In this document: piece after piece, positions 26,851 through 40,475 of the stretch | Layout of the letters: each line of letters opens with the position of its first letter | How positions within the stretch are numbered: the stretch's first letter is position 1 | NCBI GenBank assembly: GCA_963514005.1 | Contig: OY740810.1 | Coordinates: 12,896,001 to 12,960,000 of the forward strand | DNA from: Raja brachyura | Lineage: Eukaryota | Direction: 5' to 3' | DNA: 64,000 bases | Made by a program: the position numbers and the translations under genes | Notes under the pieces: model-generated | What the model was told of the DNA's origin: nothing | The model's input: only the letters and a program-made list of their open reading frames with translations | Databases searched by the model: none

Positions 26851-28164
26851 TTTTCTCTATTCAGTTGCAAAAACTGAATGAGCCTCGTTAGCTAACTGCA
26901 GGCTTTTGAAAGTCCCACTCCTCTGTTCCTATTGGCAGTTGCTCACCAAATATGACCTTCTGACCTTTGAACAAGTCAACTTGTTAGCTATCTTGTGATA
27001 GAATAAAAGAGGAAAGGTAAGATGTGGTGCTATTCATGCACAGTCAATAGTATTGTACACACATTAAACACGTTGCTCATTGATAACTCGGCTGCAAGGG
27101 GCCGTCAAGATTGATTCCCTGTTTCCTCTTGTTCAACACTTGTTTATCCTGGCTAGGTCGTGCTGTATCACAGGCACTACTGCTAAGTTCAACATATCTC
27201 CTCCAGAGTGGTCCAGGCAACATAAGTATTTATTCAGCACAAGAACAGTTCACTCTCTCATATTTTAGTTTAGTTTATTATTGTCACGTGTACCAAGGTA
27301 CAATTTCTTTGCGTGCTATCCAGTCAAAGAAGACTATACATGAAAATAATAAATCCGTCCACGGTGCACAGATAAAGGATAATGGTCACCTTTTGTGAGA
27401 TGGCCTGGTATTAACTGAACGGATGCTGTCAATGTACAGATGAATAATACACTAGTTCATCAGTGGAATACCCTAGCTGTCCAGTTGTCATGCTTGGCTT
27501 GTTATTGTTGCTCAAATGCAGATGGGCATTATGATTGCTGCTAAAATACTTGGGTTACATATAGTCTGGTCAGGCACTATCCTTTTTTCCTGGAGGTTGA
27601 AGAGTAAAATAATTTTCATTTACAGCATTTCTCAGGCTTCATAAGTGACATGTTCCATGACCAACATGAAGTCAACAATTATTTGCACCACAGGGTAACC
27701 TGCAAAGCTCCAAGTTCACTCCACTGCTGTTCTCTGGAAAGGATGAAGTTTGTCAACTTCCTTACAATGCCCAGACCCACCATGGAGCAAACCCAGCAAA
27801 AAGGTTTGCTGTCCTGATTTGCTTGTCAGCCACTGCAAGTGTGGTTCTCATCCAACCATGAGACCATTGTAACTGCGACAGATACAGACGTCAATGAATA
27901 AAGTTTTGGTGAAGTACACTGTCCCTCGGTCAAAACTCCCCCATGCACTTCCTTGATGAACTCTTTAGGCGGACATGTCCTCTTGTTGAAAACCCATCTA
28001 TCCTTTATCCTTCAGCATAATGATCAGTGCTCAGTATTTTGGCAGTAGTCACAATATATTTGTCAATAATCTGCACTCCCATCTGCATGTGAGCTAACAA
28101 CTAATGTTCCCGGGTGTAGGCCGTTATCCGTGGATGCTTGTTAAGGCACCCATGTCTAGATCAT

Positions 28165-28562
28165 GGCATATAGAACAGGAACAGGCAATTCGGCCCACAA
28201 TATTTGTGCCCAACATGATGCCAAGATAAACTAATCTGTTTACATATGTTCATAAATTCCTTAGTTATAGGAGTAGAATTAGGCCATTCAGCCCATGAAG
28301 TCTACTTCACCATTCAATCGTCTCATCTATCTTTCCCCCTCAACCCCATACTTTTGCCTTCCACCCAGAGCAGCTGACACCCTTTTAATCATGAATCTGT
28401 CAATCTGTGCCTTAAAAATACCCAATGACTTGGCCTCCACAGCCATCTGTGGCATTGAATTTCACAGATTCACCACCTTCTGACTAAATAAATCCCTCCT
28501 CACCTCCTTTCTAAAGGTATGTTATTTTCCTCTGAGGCTGTGACCGCTGGTCCTAGACTTCC
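28165..28562 (-). mobile_element. CR1 3'-end fragments
   Basis: Similar to 43834-44150 (ataggagtagaattaggccattcagccc...cacagattcaccacc). Confidence 0.75.
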
Positions 28563-31500
28563 ACACAATCAATATCCCTTGATTACTTAGGAGTAACTGA
28601 TTTGTGAAGTTAATAATTTATCACCTATAACATCACCCACTTAAATTTTAACTCATGAGAAGGAATTTGAAAATCATAAGCCCTTATAAAATTACAGTAC
28701 CATTCAACAGAAGTCCATTAGGAATTAACATGATCCCTTTAAATAACAGAGGTCAAGGGTGTTCTTGTAGGTGAATGTTAGTTCAGCTCTACAAGACTGA
28801 GAGAAGACATCATCTGGTATACTGGGCATCAAATAACTGCACTAGCATCAAATCAATCTCACACACCGCTTGAAATAATGGTCTGAATGAACTCCATGCT
28901 CCCTGTAGGTGATGGGCACACACATGCCGATGCTCTGGAAAACAGAGCAAGTAATGTGACCCCTGCCACAAATGTGGGAGCATGTATTGAAATGAATTTG
29001 GCTTCTATGTGTGCCTGACATCAACCACAAATTGAGCCAACGTTTGCATCCGAAAACTCCCAAGACGTTAAGGTTTTTTAAATGGATAAGTGTAGCAGTT
29101 CCTGATAATAGTAACCAATCAAAAATTGCTTTCTGAAATCCTATTTACTACTTGACTGATTGAGGATTGTTTACTGCTGCACCAGAGATTATTTTGAAGT
29201 TCCAAAGATTACCCTCCTTCCTGAATGGAGTTGCACATTGTTGGGCACATCTGTTTTGTGCAGATGTTTGGTATAACTTGAAGCCCATACAGGACCAAAT
29301 AACTCAACTCTTTAGACTAAAGCTATAACAGAAGGGGAGATGACAGATTTTGTGCTGCATCGCTACTGCAGAACTAGCAAAGGAGAAACCTGTTTGTTTG
29401 TTTGCAAGCCCTATTCTTCTGCATAACTACCTTTGGCCTCATGCATAGTAATTTATTTCAGCTCTGAACCTGTAATTAATTTGTTAGCTTACAGTGTATT
29501 GCTCATTCAGTGCAAATTTTCTAGGCACTGAAAACTTTCTAAACCTCATGGAGAGTCACCAGCTATCTGCAGTGTATGGATCAGTGCATTCCTGAATTCT
29601 GTGGCTGCACATTCTAACTAGGGTAGGAGGAGGACAATGGATCCCATGCTGGTACATCTAGTCTCCCATTGCACCATCTGTGATGGACCGTAGTCCTGCT
29701 AAACTGAGGGTCTGGATACACTTTGTTACTGGTCCCTACTTTTATGCCATGAATATATGTGCTTTGTCTGGCATCACATTCAAAGATTAATGATTTTTTT
29801 CTTCTTCAGATTTATTATCTGTTTGATTAATTTCTTCAAGTGTTTTATCTATACCTATTATTATTTTTAAAGGCGTTTTTTTAGGTTTAATTATATCCAT
29901 TTCAACTGTTCTAAATGATCTCCAATGATCAATGTAATTTAGCACGTGCTAGGGTGACATTTGACCACAGGAGCTATCAAAAGATCATCAGAGCTGCCAG
30001 GGGCAGGGTCTCAGGATCTGCCGCCTGATAACCTATTGCTTCCATATTCAGCTGACTAAGTGCTACACCCCTGCTTAAAAAAAACTCAATACCAATAACA
30101 ATAAAGTTCACTACTCATAAGCATTGTCCTTGTCGCAGCAGACTTGACTATAGTTAGTTGGCACAGCTTGAAAAGTAATAACTCTTGGAAATGCACTTAA
30201 TTTTGCACATGTGCCATTCCAAAGGCAAGACGACACTGTAATTATACTTTGCTGTACTTGGTAAACCATTCACACTCCACCAGTTTAATGTCAGCGTGAA
30301 GAAGAAATGGAGTGTGAAACAGGCATGCAGGCTCAGACTAAATTTGAAGCCACAAAGAAATACAACTGAAAATGTTCGAAATATTTAGCAGGTCAGGCTG
30401 TATTGTGGGAAAAGAAACCAAGCTAATGTCAAAGACCCTTCTTCAGAACTGGGAAGACGACATAAAACTCAAGGAACTGCAGATACTCGTTTACAAAAAA
30501 AGATGCAAAGTGCTGGAGTAACTCAACAGGTCAGGCAACATGTCTAAAAGACATGGATTTTCTTTATGTCAGGACCCTTCACAGACTAACTGACCGACGA
30601 TGTTTGTTAAGCTGTAGGATGGGTAAGGAAGGGGTAGTTCTCTGATTGACATCCAACCAATAATGAGCTTCCTTCTCCTTGTTCCCAGTTCTGTCAAAGG
30701 ATCTTTGACCTGAAACATTAGCTGTTTGTTTCCCCACAGATACAGTTTGACCTGTTGAATATTTCCAGCATTGTGTTTTAATATGATATTTCCAACATTT
30801 GCAATTTTTTTTGATTTTCAAGAAAGAAAATTGCCTCTTCCAGTAATAATCACCCAGTTTTCTTCCAGTTTGAGGTCAAACAACAACCCTGTACTCTGAT
30901 TGCTAGCTGGAGCTTGGTTGTACCGCAAAGTCATTTGATGCTAAGAATACTACTAAAGTATGAATATGCCCTTACACGCTGGTGTGGTTTTCTCAGAGCT
31001 TACCCATTCACGTTATATTTCAATGTAAATTTATGTAGTCCATTCTGGGCCATTATAATTCTAATTAGTCCATCCAGGATATCCAAGTTATTGCCGACTT
31101 TCATGATAAATCAAAGCAGCCTACTGTTATAATTATTTTACTATTACACCTACCATTGTTTATGACAAATTTCAGTGCTGCGAGTTGCCAGGAAATCATT
31201 CCTGTCATTGCAATTGTCTTGAAATATACCATACATTTTTCAACATAATTGTCAACTTCTACTGATATTTGCCAGTTATTATTTTTCTGTGAAAATATTA
31301 TTCTACTCAATTTACCATGCTTTGGAAATGTTTGCTTTGTACTTATATTCTTCAGTGAACCTTTGTATTTCATTAGAAGATGCAAATCTGCACAAGTATT
31401 CTTTCATGTGTAAAATCTATCATGGTGCAATACCTTTTAATGACACCTCTGAGAGGACATTGTGGTTTAATTAATAAAACATTGAGTTTGGCTTACCTTT

Positions 31501-32810
31501 AGTCTTCAGAACACTGCACAGTTTCTGGTTATTCTCTCACCTCATTATCATTATTAAAATAAACTATTTTAATAGGACATTGAGATGCACATTGATCCCT
31601 ACTTGTACCTCCAGTTCTAAACAAACATGCAGTTCTTAGATTAATTTGATGGCATACAATCTTCAAACAACAGATGGCATTCTCCATTATTTTAGTTTGA
31701 ATTTTTTCCTAGATTTTTTAAACTGGCTTCCTGAATTAAAAGTTCCAATTTTAATATGTAAAATCCAATAAGAGTTAATTTTTGCTTTTTCCTCCATTTA
31801 AAAAAAACCCACTATCCATTATTGGCTGTTTCAGATTTTACATCCTAGAAGACTTCAGTTGGCAGAGATGCAATATAACATTTTTACAAAATATTCTGAT
31901 AATGATCAGAGTTTTGAAATCTTTCATATCTATTCATTCAAGCATCTAAACTTGAACGATCCTTTCACACCAACTTTACAAGAGAAGGCTATTAGGGCTT
32001 CAGGGGTCAGACTGGAGGACCGAATAAACAAATCAACAGGCAATACAGAAGTCTGAAAGGGCCAGCATTGAACACAAAAGGCAAAATATATTTGAAAAAA
32101 AAAAATCAGAAAACAATAGAAAGTGAAGCTAAGCTGTGGCAGTAATATTTAAGACCTTTGGTTTCTAATTTGCTGCTTGTATTTGTTAATTATTAGATCA
32201 TTGACATTTTGTACAATGACATTATTTTAAATAAAACAAGCCAGCTTCATATAGGTCTACAAAATGCATTCACCTACTAGAACATAAAACAATTTGGAGA
32301 GAAGCTGGAAATGGAATTTGTCATTTATTTAATATTGCTTTTGGGAAGACTGATTGGAACATAGATTTTACACACAGGCCTGGATTAAATGATTGCCATA
32401 TCCAGATATTATTTGGTAGTTAAAACCATGCCAAAATGTTAGAAACCAAAGTCTTTCGGCCCAGTACTGAACCCAGAAGCCTGTGTAATATTGAAGAAAA
32501 CTAGTTGCATGTGAAATGGTATTGCCCTCCCTTGAATATAGCAGTCAAGGATTTTCTCACCAGGTCGCTGACCAGTGGGAGGGATTTACGCCGTGGCTTA
32601 ATATCAGGCATGCTGTCAATGCTACGCAGAAATTTAACGGCTGCTCCCCTACAGTTACAAGTGAAACAAAAGACAAAAGAAAGAAACCAAAAGTAAACAA
32701 AAAAAATCAGAGAGAATTACTAGCAAGCAAGGCAACAAGCAAAATTCCTTAACCATTAGATGCCTCAGAGCATAGTGGCAGGTCACTGTGGGAGAAAAGA
32801 GATGTCTCAC

Positions 32811-32889
32811 CAAATCACTAACAAGATTTTTGGGTTTTTTCTTTCGAAGATCTGGCATACTGTCAATACTGTAAAGCCCACCGCCAGGC
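32811..32889 (-). CDS. unc13a: unc13a exon PGGGLYSIDSMPDLRKKKPKNLVSDL
   Basis: TTTTCTAG acceptor, TTG|GTGAGA donor; 79 nt, phase 2 to 0; conserved IDSMPD motif. Confidence 0.94.
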
Positions 32890-34559
32890 CTAGAAAAGAC
32901 AGCAATAGCAACGTGAAGTACCATTACACAGTGGGGCAATGATCTCCTTGAGGCCCTGGTATTGTCTTGAACAACAGTAATTCTGTATATTATCTCACAA
33001 AATACAAATCATATTCTCGATGCTGCACACGTCATTTACTGAGGTAGAAAAATGAAAACATCAATACTTGTTGTCACTCTTTACATTTTTCAATGGCATT
33101 TTGAAAATAATTGCTTTGGAATCTCCTATTTTCTACAAGGAAAGGCACCGTTTTAGAAACTTCAACAAAGTCAATAACATTCAACAGGAATTGTGCATTT
33201 TTTAAAGAATCATCTTACCACAGCTGATTGGAATTTGAGACTTGTGTAAAGTTATATTAAACAAAAATAAAATTAATAGTAACTGGACGGTTTTGGTGGT
33301 CTTATGTTTTCATACATTAACTCCTTAATTCATTTACAGTATATGCCCATTTTGAAATAATTAATGTGTGGTAGCATCATACCAAACATTTTACATAGGT
33401 AAATTGAACATTTTCAAAATAACCACTAATCATATTGCCAATTACTTCCATGTTAACTTAATCTGCCTCTAATTTGGTTTATTGTCCGCTCAGCATAAAC
33501 TTCAGAACATCCATCCACATTAAGTATTCTTTCTGGAATGACAACATTAAACTCTAATTCTAACCTCGCCCCTCCAGCACAAATTAGGAGAGAAGAGATA
33601 TTGTGCTGTGTTTCCATTCCTTGCCATTTTAAACAGCCAAGGATGTGTAAAGGGGGCTTAGTATGCCATAATTTATTTTCTCCTTGCTCCTCAGAGAGAC
33701 GCCAGAAAAAACAATGCCTAAGTGAAGAAGCCATTGCAACTGATTCCCTAACCACAACTTACTAAACAGGAAGGGAAAAAAACATGTGCTGTTCCACCCA
33801 GAAGAATGATGGTAGATGTGTTGGAGGAAAGGTGGGGTTGACAATGTCCAAAGATGAAATCAGTTGAGAATCATGATGAGAGACAGATTACATTTGTCAC
33901 AGTTACAGAGGATATCATTTGTCCCAATGACGAGAATCATTTCAGTAGGAGCTGGAACCAGATTGGAAGGGCTCAAACTTGAAAGTAGGGGAAAAACAAT
34001 ATGGATTTGAGGCACAAAAAGACAATATAGGATTTTGTGACACCAAAGGGCGAAGGTTTAAAGGGGTAAGGGAAACTGTAAAGTGAATTTTGTGGAAGCT
34101 GGAGATTGGTCTAATTGACAAGATAAATTTGGAGGGAGGATACAATAGACAATATACAAGAGAAAGATTTAGGTTCAAGACTTAGAAGGAAACGTTAGGT
34201 TTTGCTGGGTGGCATGGAAAGAAGCACCAGAGATAGCTAGTCAGGTATCTCAATCTTTGGAAAAGAAATCCATGTGCAATTTATGACTGCTGGTTGAGCT
34301 AAGATTGAAGGTAGAAAAAAGAGTTAAGCCAACAGTTTGCAAAGTATTTAATCAATTATATGAATGAACAAAATGTGCAAAGTTAGTGCCTTCACACAGT
34401 AGAAATACTGCAGTGGCTTGGGGCACATATATGTTGTCATAAATCATGTTCTAAGGTTTTGTTACATGCAGTGTCTACATGAACAGTCTTCGTGAATGGG
34501 TTACCTGCTGAATCTTGATTTGTGCTTACCAGACCAAGCAGAACCTCCTCCAAATTAGA

Positions 34560-35180
34560 GTAAGCAAACACAGATTGGGCGTATTCATTTTAATTTTAAT
34601 TAACTTTTACATACACCCCCCTTTTCCCCTTCCCTTTCTCCTACAACCCCTTCCACCTTCTTTTCCCCTCGTCCTCCCCTCCCTTGGACCCTGTCTCCCC
34701 TCCACCTACATCCCTCCTCCAGCTTCATAATTCACAACTTTTCTATCCTCGAGCTTCACAATTTGGCAACTCATTATCTTTATGGCTTGCACCATTTTTT
34801 TCACCTTTGGCCTTTGTCCAACAATCTGCCTTTCAAAAAAAACCCTCTTGCCTGTGTTGACCTATTGCTGAACATGCTTTCTCCTGCCCCTCCACTCTTC
34901 CAGCTTTCTTTCCCACCCCCTGCAATCAGTCTGAAGAAGGGTCCCGACCCAAAACATCACATATCCATGCTCTCCAGAGATGCTGCCTGACCTGCTGAGT
35001 TATTCCAGCATTTTATATCTTTCTTTGGTAACCCAGCATCTCCAATTCATTGTTATTATAGATTGGGTGACTGTTTTATGGATCACTATGTTCAGTCCAC
35101 AAAAGACTCTCACCAGTCTGAAGAAGGGTCCCAACCCGAAACGTCACCTATCTATGTTCTTGACAGAGGCTGCCAGACCA
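34560..35180 (+). mobile_element. Penelope 3' end with two pLTR copies
   Basis: Pyrimidine-rich tract, then CTGAAGAAGGGTCC..ACCC.AAAC.TCAC at 34931 and 35118. Confidence 0.75.
35114..35149 (+). ncRNA. minimal type I hammerhead-like motif in a pLTR
   Basis: CTGAAGA-A-GGGT(CCCA)ACCC-GAAA-CGTC; stem I only 2 bp. Confidence 0.5.
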
Positions 35181-36289
35181 GCATTTTCTGTATTAATAAT
35201 ACCAAGGTGTCATCTATCGAGTAAAAGTGGTTACAGTGGCTCCATAAAATTAGAAGAACACTAGCTATGTGACAACTAGTTCCAAATTTCACAATGTAAA
35301 GAAGGCTTGGGTTCTTTATATTGCCTTTATTCCTCTCTTGACAAGCCATATTGGTACAACAGTGACAAATGTGCCTAAATGACTTTCAAAGTATCCCTCA
35401 AGTAGTACATTCAACCCATTCCCAAATCAAACTAATGCAATGGTCAATACAATGGCTATGCTAATGCTTATCAACAGTAAACCCTTGTACAACAACTGTT
35501 TATTGAGCTTTCTCATTACCTACAATGGTTTGGTTGTCTAGTATTACTGACAATTTATGGTATTATTGATTATTGTATATTTATGTGTTGTGTAATTGCG
35601 TTAATGAGCCTGTAAAGCTGCAGAATGTGAGGATGTGAACATGTTCTGTTTATGGGCGCATATGATAATTAAACACTCTTGAATTCTCTTGAACTATTGA
35701 CCCCCATGAAGAATTAAATTAAGTAATGACTTCACACTGTCCATGAACAGAAGTCTCAGTGATAGATTGCAAAAGAGAAAGCAATCTACCTTTTATAGCT
35801 ATCAACTTAAAACAGCTGATCAACTGGTCTCTAAATTTGCTAATTTACCACCACACATCAAAGTATTTATTTTAAAATCTGAGTGCCCCATGTGAAAGTA
35901 TATGTTTTACATGTTAAGAAACCTCTTAATTTGGATCAGGAGGCATGAGTTTGGGTCATCATTAAAGGCTTCATGGTTTTGCTACCTTAACTAAACACTA
36001 AAAGGCCAAACCTAAAGGTGTTCTATCTAAATGCATGTTGCATCCACAATAAGGTGGATAAATTCATTCCACAAATAGTCACAAACTTGTATGACACAAG
36101 CAACAATACAGAAACATGATCAAAGTTATTCAGAATTATCAAAATTTATGAATGTCTAGACAAAAGGCCAAGGAGATGGGGGTATCTGGTTAAATGAAGG
36201 ATGACATCAATATACTTCAAAATAATCTTTGCTCTGCAGGTGGAAATAAACAGTTTCAGTGAAGCTGAGAAACAATTGAGTCAGAAAAT

Positions 36290-37345
36290 ACCTTTAGAGT
36301 GATTGATATATAGGACCCCATTCAGTGGTGGTGATGGAGGGTATGGAATAAATAATGAAATTGCTCCAATTACAACAGGGATAATATAGTAATCATGGGT
36401 GACTTAATCATGGGAGTTAATTAATCATCCTGTTCAAAAGGGGCCCTTAGGATAGAATGGCCATTAACATGGTTGCATTAAATTCAATAGTGATGTAGTT
36501 CAATCTGAAACTGATTTTCAATGTAAACAAAGGAAACTTTGGATTTTCTTTTACAGGAATAAATGGAGCTTTCTCGGTTGGAAAGAAGAGATTGCTGCTG
36601 AGGCCCCAAAATTCACATCTGTGTTAATGTAGATGGCTGACATGATCACATTTCCAAGGTTGTTGATGATACAAAACTAAGTGGGAATGTGAGTAATGAT
36701 AAGGATACACAGAGGCTTCAAGGAATATAGAAAGGCTAAGTAAGCAAATGGGTAACAACAAAGCACATGAAATGCAATGCGGCTATTCACCACTACGTAT
36801 GCCGGGTATATTGATTCTAAATAGTGAGAGGTTGGAAAATCTGGATGCCCTTGTACCCAAGTCTCTCAATGGTAACATAATGATGCAATAGGCAATTAGG
36901 AAGACTATTGCCAGAGGATTAATTTAACAGGAGTAATGTCTTATGACAATTACATAGGTCCTTGGGGAGAGCACATCGGAGAGCTGTGTATAATATTGGT
37001 CTCCTTACATTAAAAATAATAGAGGGAATGCAATTAAGATTTACTAAATTGGATCCTAGAAAGGCAGGTCTATCATGAGAGGTAAAGATCGAATAGGCCT
37101 GACCCATTTTCTAGAAAACACTTTTTTAAATATATAAACGTTTCAGAGTCCACCTAATGGATACAGGGAGGATCCTAGTGTGAACAGGTGATTGATGTTT
37201 GACATGGAATCGGTGGGCTGAAGGGCCTGTTTCCTTGCTGTATCACTGAACTAAACTGAGATCAAGAGAAATAGACAGAGTGGATATAAGACAGGAAAAT
37301 GGTGTTGAGGTGGAAGATCAACCATGATCTTGCTGAACAAGTTAG
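36290..37345 (+). mobile_element. old, fragmented CR1-type LINE
   Basis: Remnants such as IMGD, DDTKLSG and YWSPY, plus a CR1-like 3' tail; boundaries approximate. Confidence 0.6.
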
Positions 37346-38608
37346 AGAGTACACATGGTAGACTTCTGTTTTCTGTTTTTCCAAAATCAACATCAGTATT
37401 AACTTTATTACGAGAATTATTACTTCAGCTGCTATTGTATGATACCTGAAACAAATGGCAAAACTACTGCCTGATTTTATACAACTATATTTGGCTATCA
37501 AGGGTAAAATAAAGCTCTGTTTGCAAGACTTCAAACTATCAGATCAATTTCCCTTTGTTTTCATGTCCAAACACCCGCCTTTCCAGCCCTTTTGATTTTC
37601 ACATTCAGCAATAAAACGCAACCCACAACAAGATTGACATAAAGAAAATATGCACTTTACTGAGAAAAAAAACATTCTCTTGTGCTGTGGAGACAACGAT
37701 AATACTTAAATCTGATAATCTGTTGTTTAAAGTTCAGAGTATCCATTGCCGATGTATTCAATTTTGTTACTGGACAACTGTACTAATCGACCCAATGAAC
37801 TGCTCGGAAATGGGAGAATGAGAATCATTGCAGGTATTTTTTGACAGATCACTTTCCGTTGAATCATTTTATCAAAATTTGGCCAATGAGAACCATGGTA
37901 TCCCTATTAATTTTGACTGATGGATAACATTCAGGTAAATAGTAAATTTTAATTATTATTTCTAAACAGGAAATAAGGGAATATGTATAAATCAACCTTC
38001 TGCTACAGATGGTTGTTTTCCTATTCATGTTAGGTTCTAGACTAATATCCTATATTAAATAATCGCAGATTAGAGAATTTAGAAACTGCTCAACACGGTT
38101 GATGATTCATTCCAGGAAGAGGATTAATATTTAATACTTAAATTTAATAACATTTAATAATAATTAATTATATTTTCTTTGCAGCTCTACAAATGTTCTC
38201 AAAGCAATAACAACTGCAACTCCCCACAGCAGTAATATAACCGGGTACATTTCCAACTTTTCATGTTAAAGAGTCATTGTTGATTGGCTATTCCATTGAT
38301 GACATGCCCAAATGTAATTTCCACTAGTAAATGAAAATGAAACTAAGATATAATTTCTAAAATCCAAAAGTTCCTATGAACTCTGGCTAGTCCACAAGTC
38401 CCACAAGTTTTATGCTGTCTTCTGAAAATCTGCCTGTACATTTAACCAGTTGAGCAAGATCATTACTAAATAAGTTAAAAATTGAACTAACTTGGTGTAG
38501 AGCAGCACAAACATTTTTATACAATGTAAATGTATTTTGTATTTTACAAGAGGTATAGTATTCAATAAAATATAGTTTTTGCTACATACATTATGACATT
38601 GTACTTAC

Positions 38609-38664
38609 CCTCCTTTAAACCAAAGTGGTTTTGGCAGATCACCAACCCCTTCCCCAAGTTGTGC
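38609..38664 (-). CDS. unc13a: unc13a exon AQLGEGVGDLPKPLWFKGG
   Basis: CTCCAG acceptor, GG|GTAAGT donor; 56 nt, phase 0 to 2; homologous to ARGEGEMSKSLWFKGG. Confidence 0.92.
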
Positions 38665-39104
38665 CTGGAGATAACACAAATTAATTGCGAAATTTTAAAC
38701 GCAATGTTATTTCCACAACAATTTCTCCAAAACGCAACAATTTATATTGCAGCTGATTTAAAAATCACCAATATTCTTTAATTACACTTTATCAGTGACA
38801 TTGATTTGTCACTTAATATCGTTAAGTGGCTTTTATTTAAATAATGATGCTATGGAAACAGATTATATTTAAAAAGTTAAAGTAATAAGATACTACTGGA
38901 AGTAAAGCAGCAACTTTTTATATATAATTGTTTGATGAAACATGCAGAGTAGCTTAATTCAGACATAAGAAACAACATTTAGAAAGTGAAAGCGTACATT
39001 TGTCAAGCATTATCTCAGTGTATACTTCCCTTCTGTTAGATATATGCTGATCTGCTAATACTTCAAAAAAGCAGTTTGCTCTTCATTCTTGTAAAACTCG
39101 ATGG

Positions 39105-39240
39105 GTAGGAAAAAACTGCAGATGCTGGTTTAAATCGAAGGTAGACACAAAATGCTGGAGTTACTCAGCGGTACAAGCAGCATCTCTGGAGAGAAGGAAT
39201 GAGTGACGTTTCGGGTCGAGATCCTTCTTCAGACTGATGT
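39105..39240 (-). mobile_element. Penelope pLTR fragment
   Basis: Same family as 8229-8466; further copies near 2205-2310, 2812-2910, 30360-30820 and 63400-63520. Confidence 0.75.
39201..39236 (-). ncRNA. minimal hammerhead-like motif, sense to the unc13a pre-mRNA
   Basis: AGT-CTGAAGA-A-GGAT(CTCG)ACCC-GAAA-CGTC-ACT; 3-bp stem I, one mismatch in stem II. Confidence 0.5.
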
Positions 39241-39612
39241 CAGGGTCGCGAGCTCCACGATGTTAAGACCGCAGGCTCCTGCGGTTGAAGCTCCGAAGTC
39301 GATCCCTGACAAGGGGATTGCAAGCTCCATGATGTTAAGCCCGCAGGCTCCCACGGTTGGAGCTCCCGAAGTCGATCCCCAGCAAAGGGACCGCCAGCTC
39401 CACAATGTTAGGCTGCGGTGCGGATGGAGATACGATACGGAAAAAGTCGCATCATCGTCGAGGAAAGAGATTTTAAAAAGTTTCCCCCACCTCCCACATA
39501 ATATAAAACTAAAGATACACTAAAACATACATTTAACAACAGACTAAAAACAACAAAAGAAGAAACGGACAAGATGGACTGTTGGTGAGGGCACCATCGT
39601 AAGGCGCCAACC
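39240..39612 (-). mobile_element. GC-rich SINE-like element with internal tandem repeats
   Basis: Three GCTCCA..ATGTTA.G units; its end resembles 46600-46730. Confidence 0.5.
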
Positions 39613-40475
39613 TTTTAAGAATTCTGGCTGGCTGAGATAACTTTCTAAAACAAATTTTCTCTAAACTAAACATGTCTTAGTGACTGGAAGATTCTATACA
39701 GTGGTGTTCTGCAGGACTTATTACTAGTTCACTTATAGTGAAAAGAAAGTTGACCAACTCTCCTACTTTAGTTCCGTTGTTATCGCTATTTCTTCAAAAC
39801 CCCTGCATCTTTCTTCAATCATAAGGTCCCTTTAATTCCCTGTCAGAAAAGGTAGTGGAGTCATAAGCCTTCGTGATTTTTATTAGATTCCTGGACGAAC
39901 CATAATGTGTTTATCTGTTCTGTGAATTTCTATGGTCTAAGACAGAATTGGGAAGATACTGAAGTACAAGTGAGAGGCTTTAACAAATCACTTTTTTAAT
40001 CTTTCACAATAAGATATGAGAGCTTGTCTCATTTTTCATGTGCTCATGTCTTCTCTGGATTCCACAGAATGTGCAACATTTACGATCACAATCACAGGGT
40101 AGCAATGTGCTTTCATCGGCTTCTTTCAAGCCGAAAGAAGCATTCAAAGTAACATAGCCTAAACATTTTTCCTCTGCACAAGAATGTACTTAAGCTCTGT
40201 TCAAATTTTCTCATACATCTAAGAAAGAAATCTATCTCTGGAATATTACGGGTTGGAAACAGTGGGAGTGCAGTGACAAGCCAATTTATTACCAGGCTCA
40301 GACAGTGCCTGGACTTAAATTAGCTAATATGGAAAAAAAACACATGCACAAGACAAATGCATTTTTTTAAAATTACAACTGTCGGCATTAATGGATTTAA
40401 TTTAGTTTTGTTTCCATAATCAATGTGTTTTTCTATTTGTGAGCTGTCATCCATATTACACATATGAAAATTATT

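Noticed and set aside
31490-31530. Strong donor AAAG|GTAAGC on the minus strand
   Set aside because: No pyrimidine-rich acceptor, and the candidate exon would not preserve the frame
33453-33755. 100-aa minus-strand ORF near an unc13a exon
   Set aside because: No convincing splice donor and no similarity to UNC13
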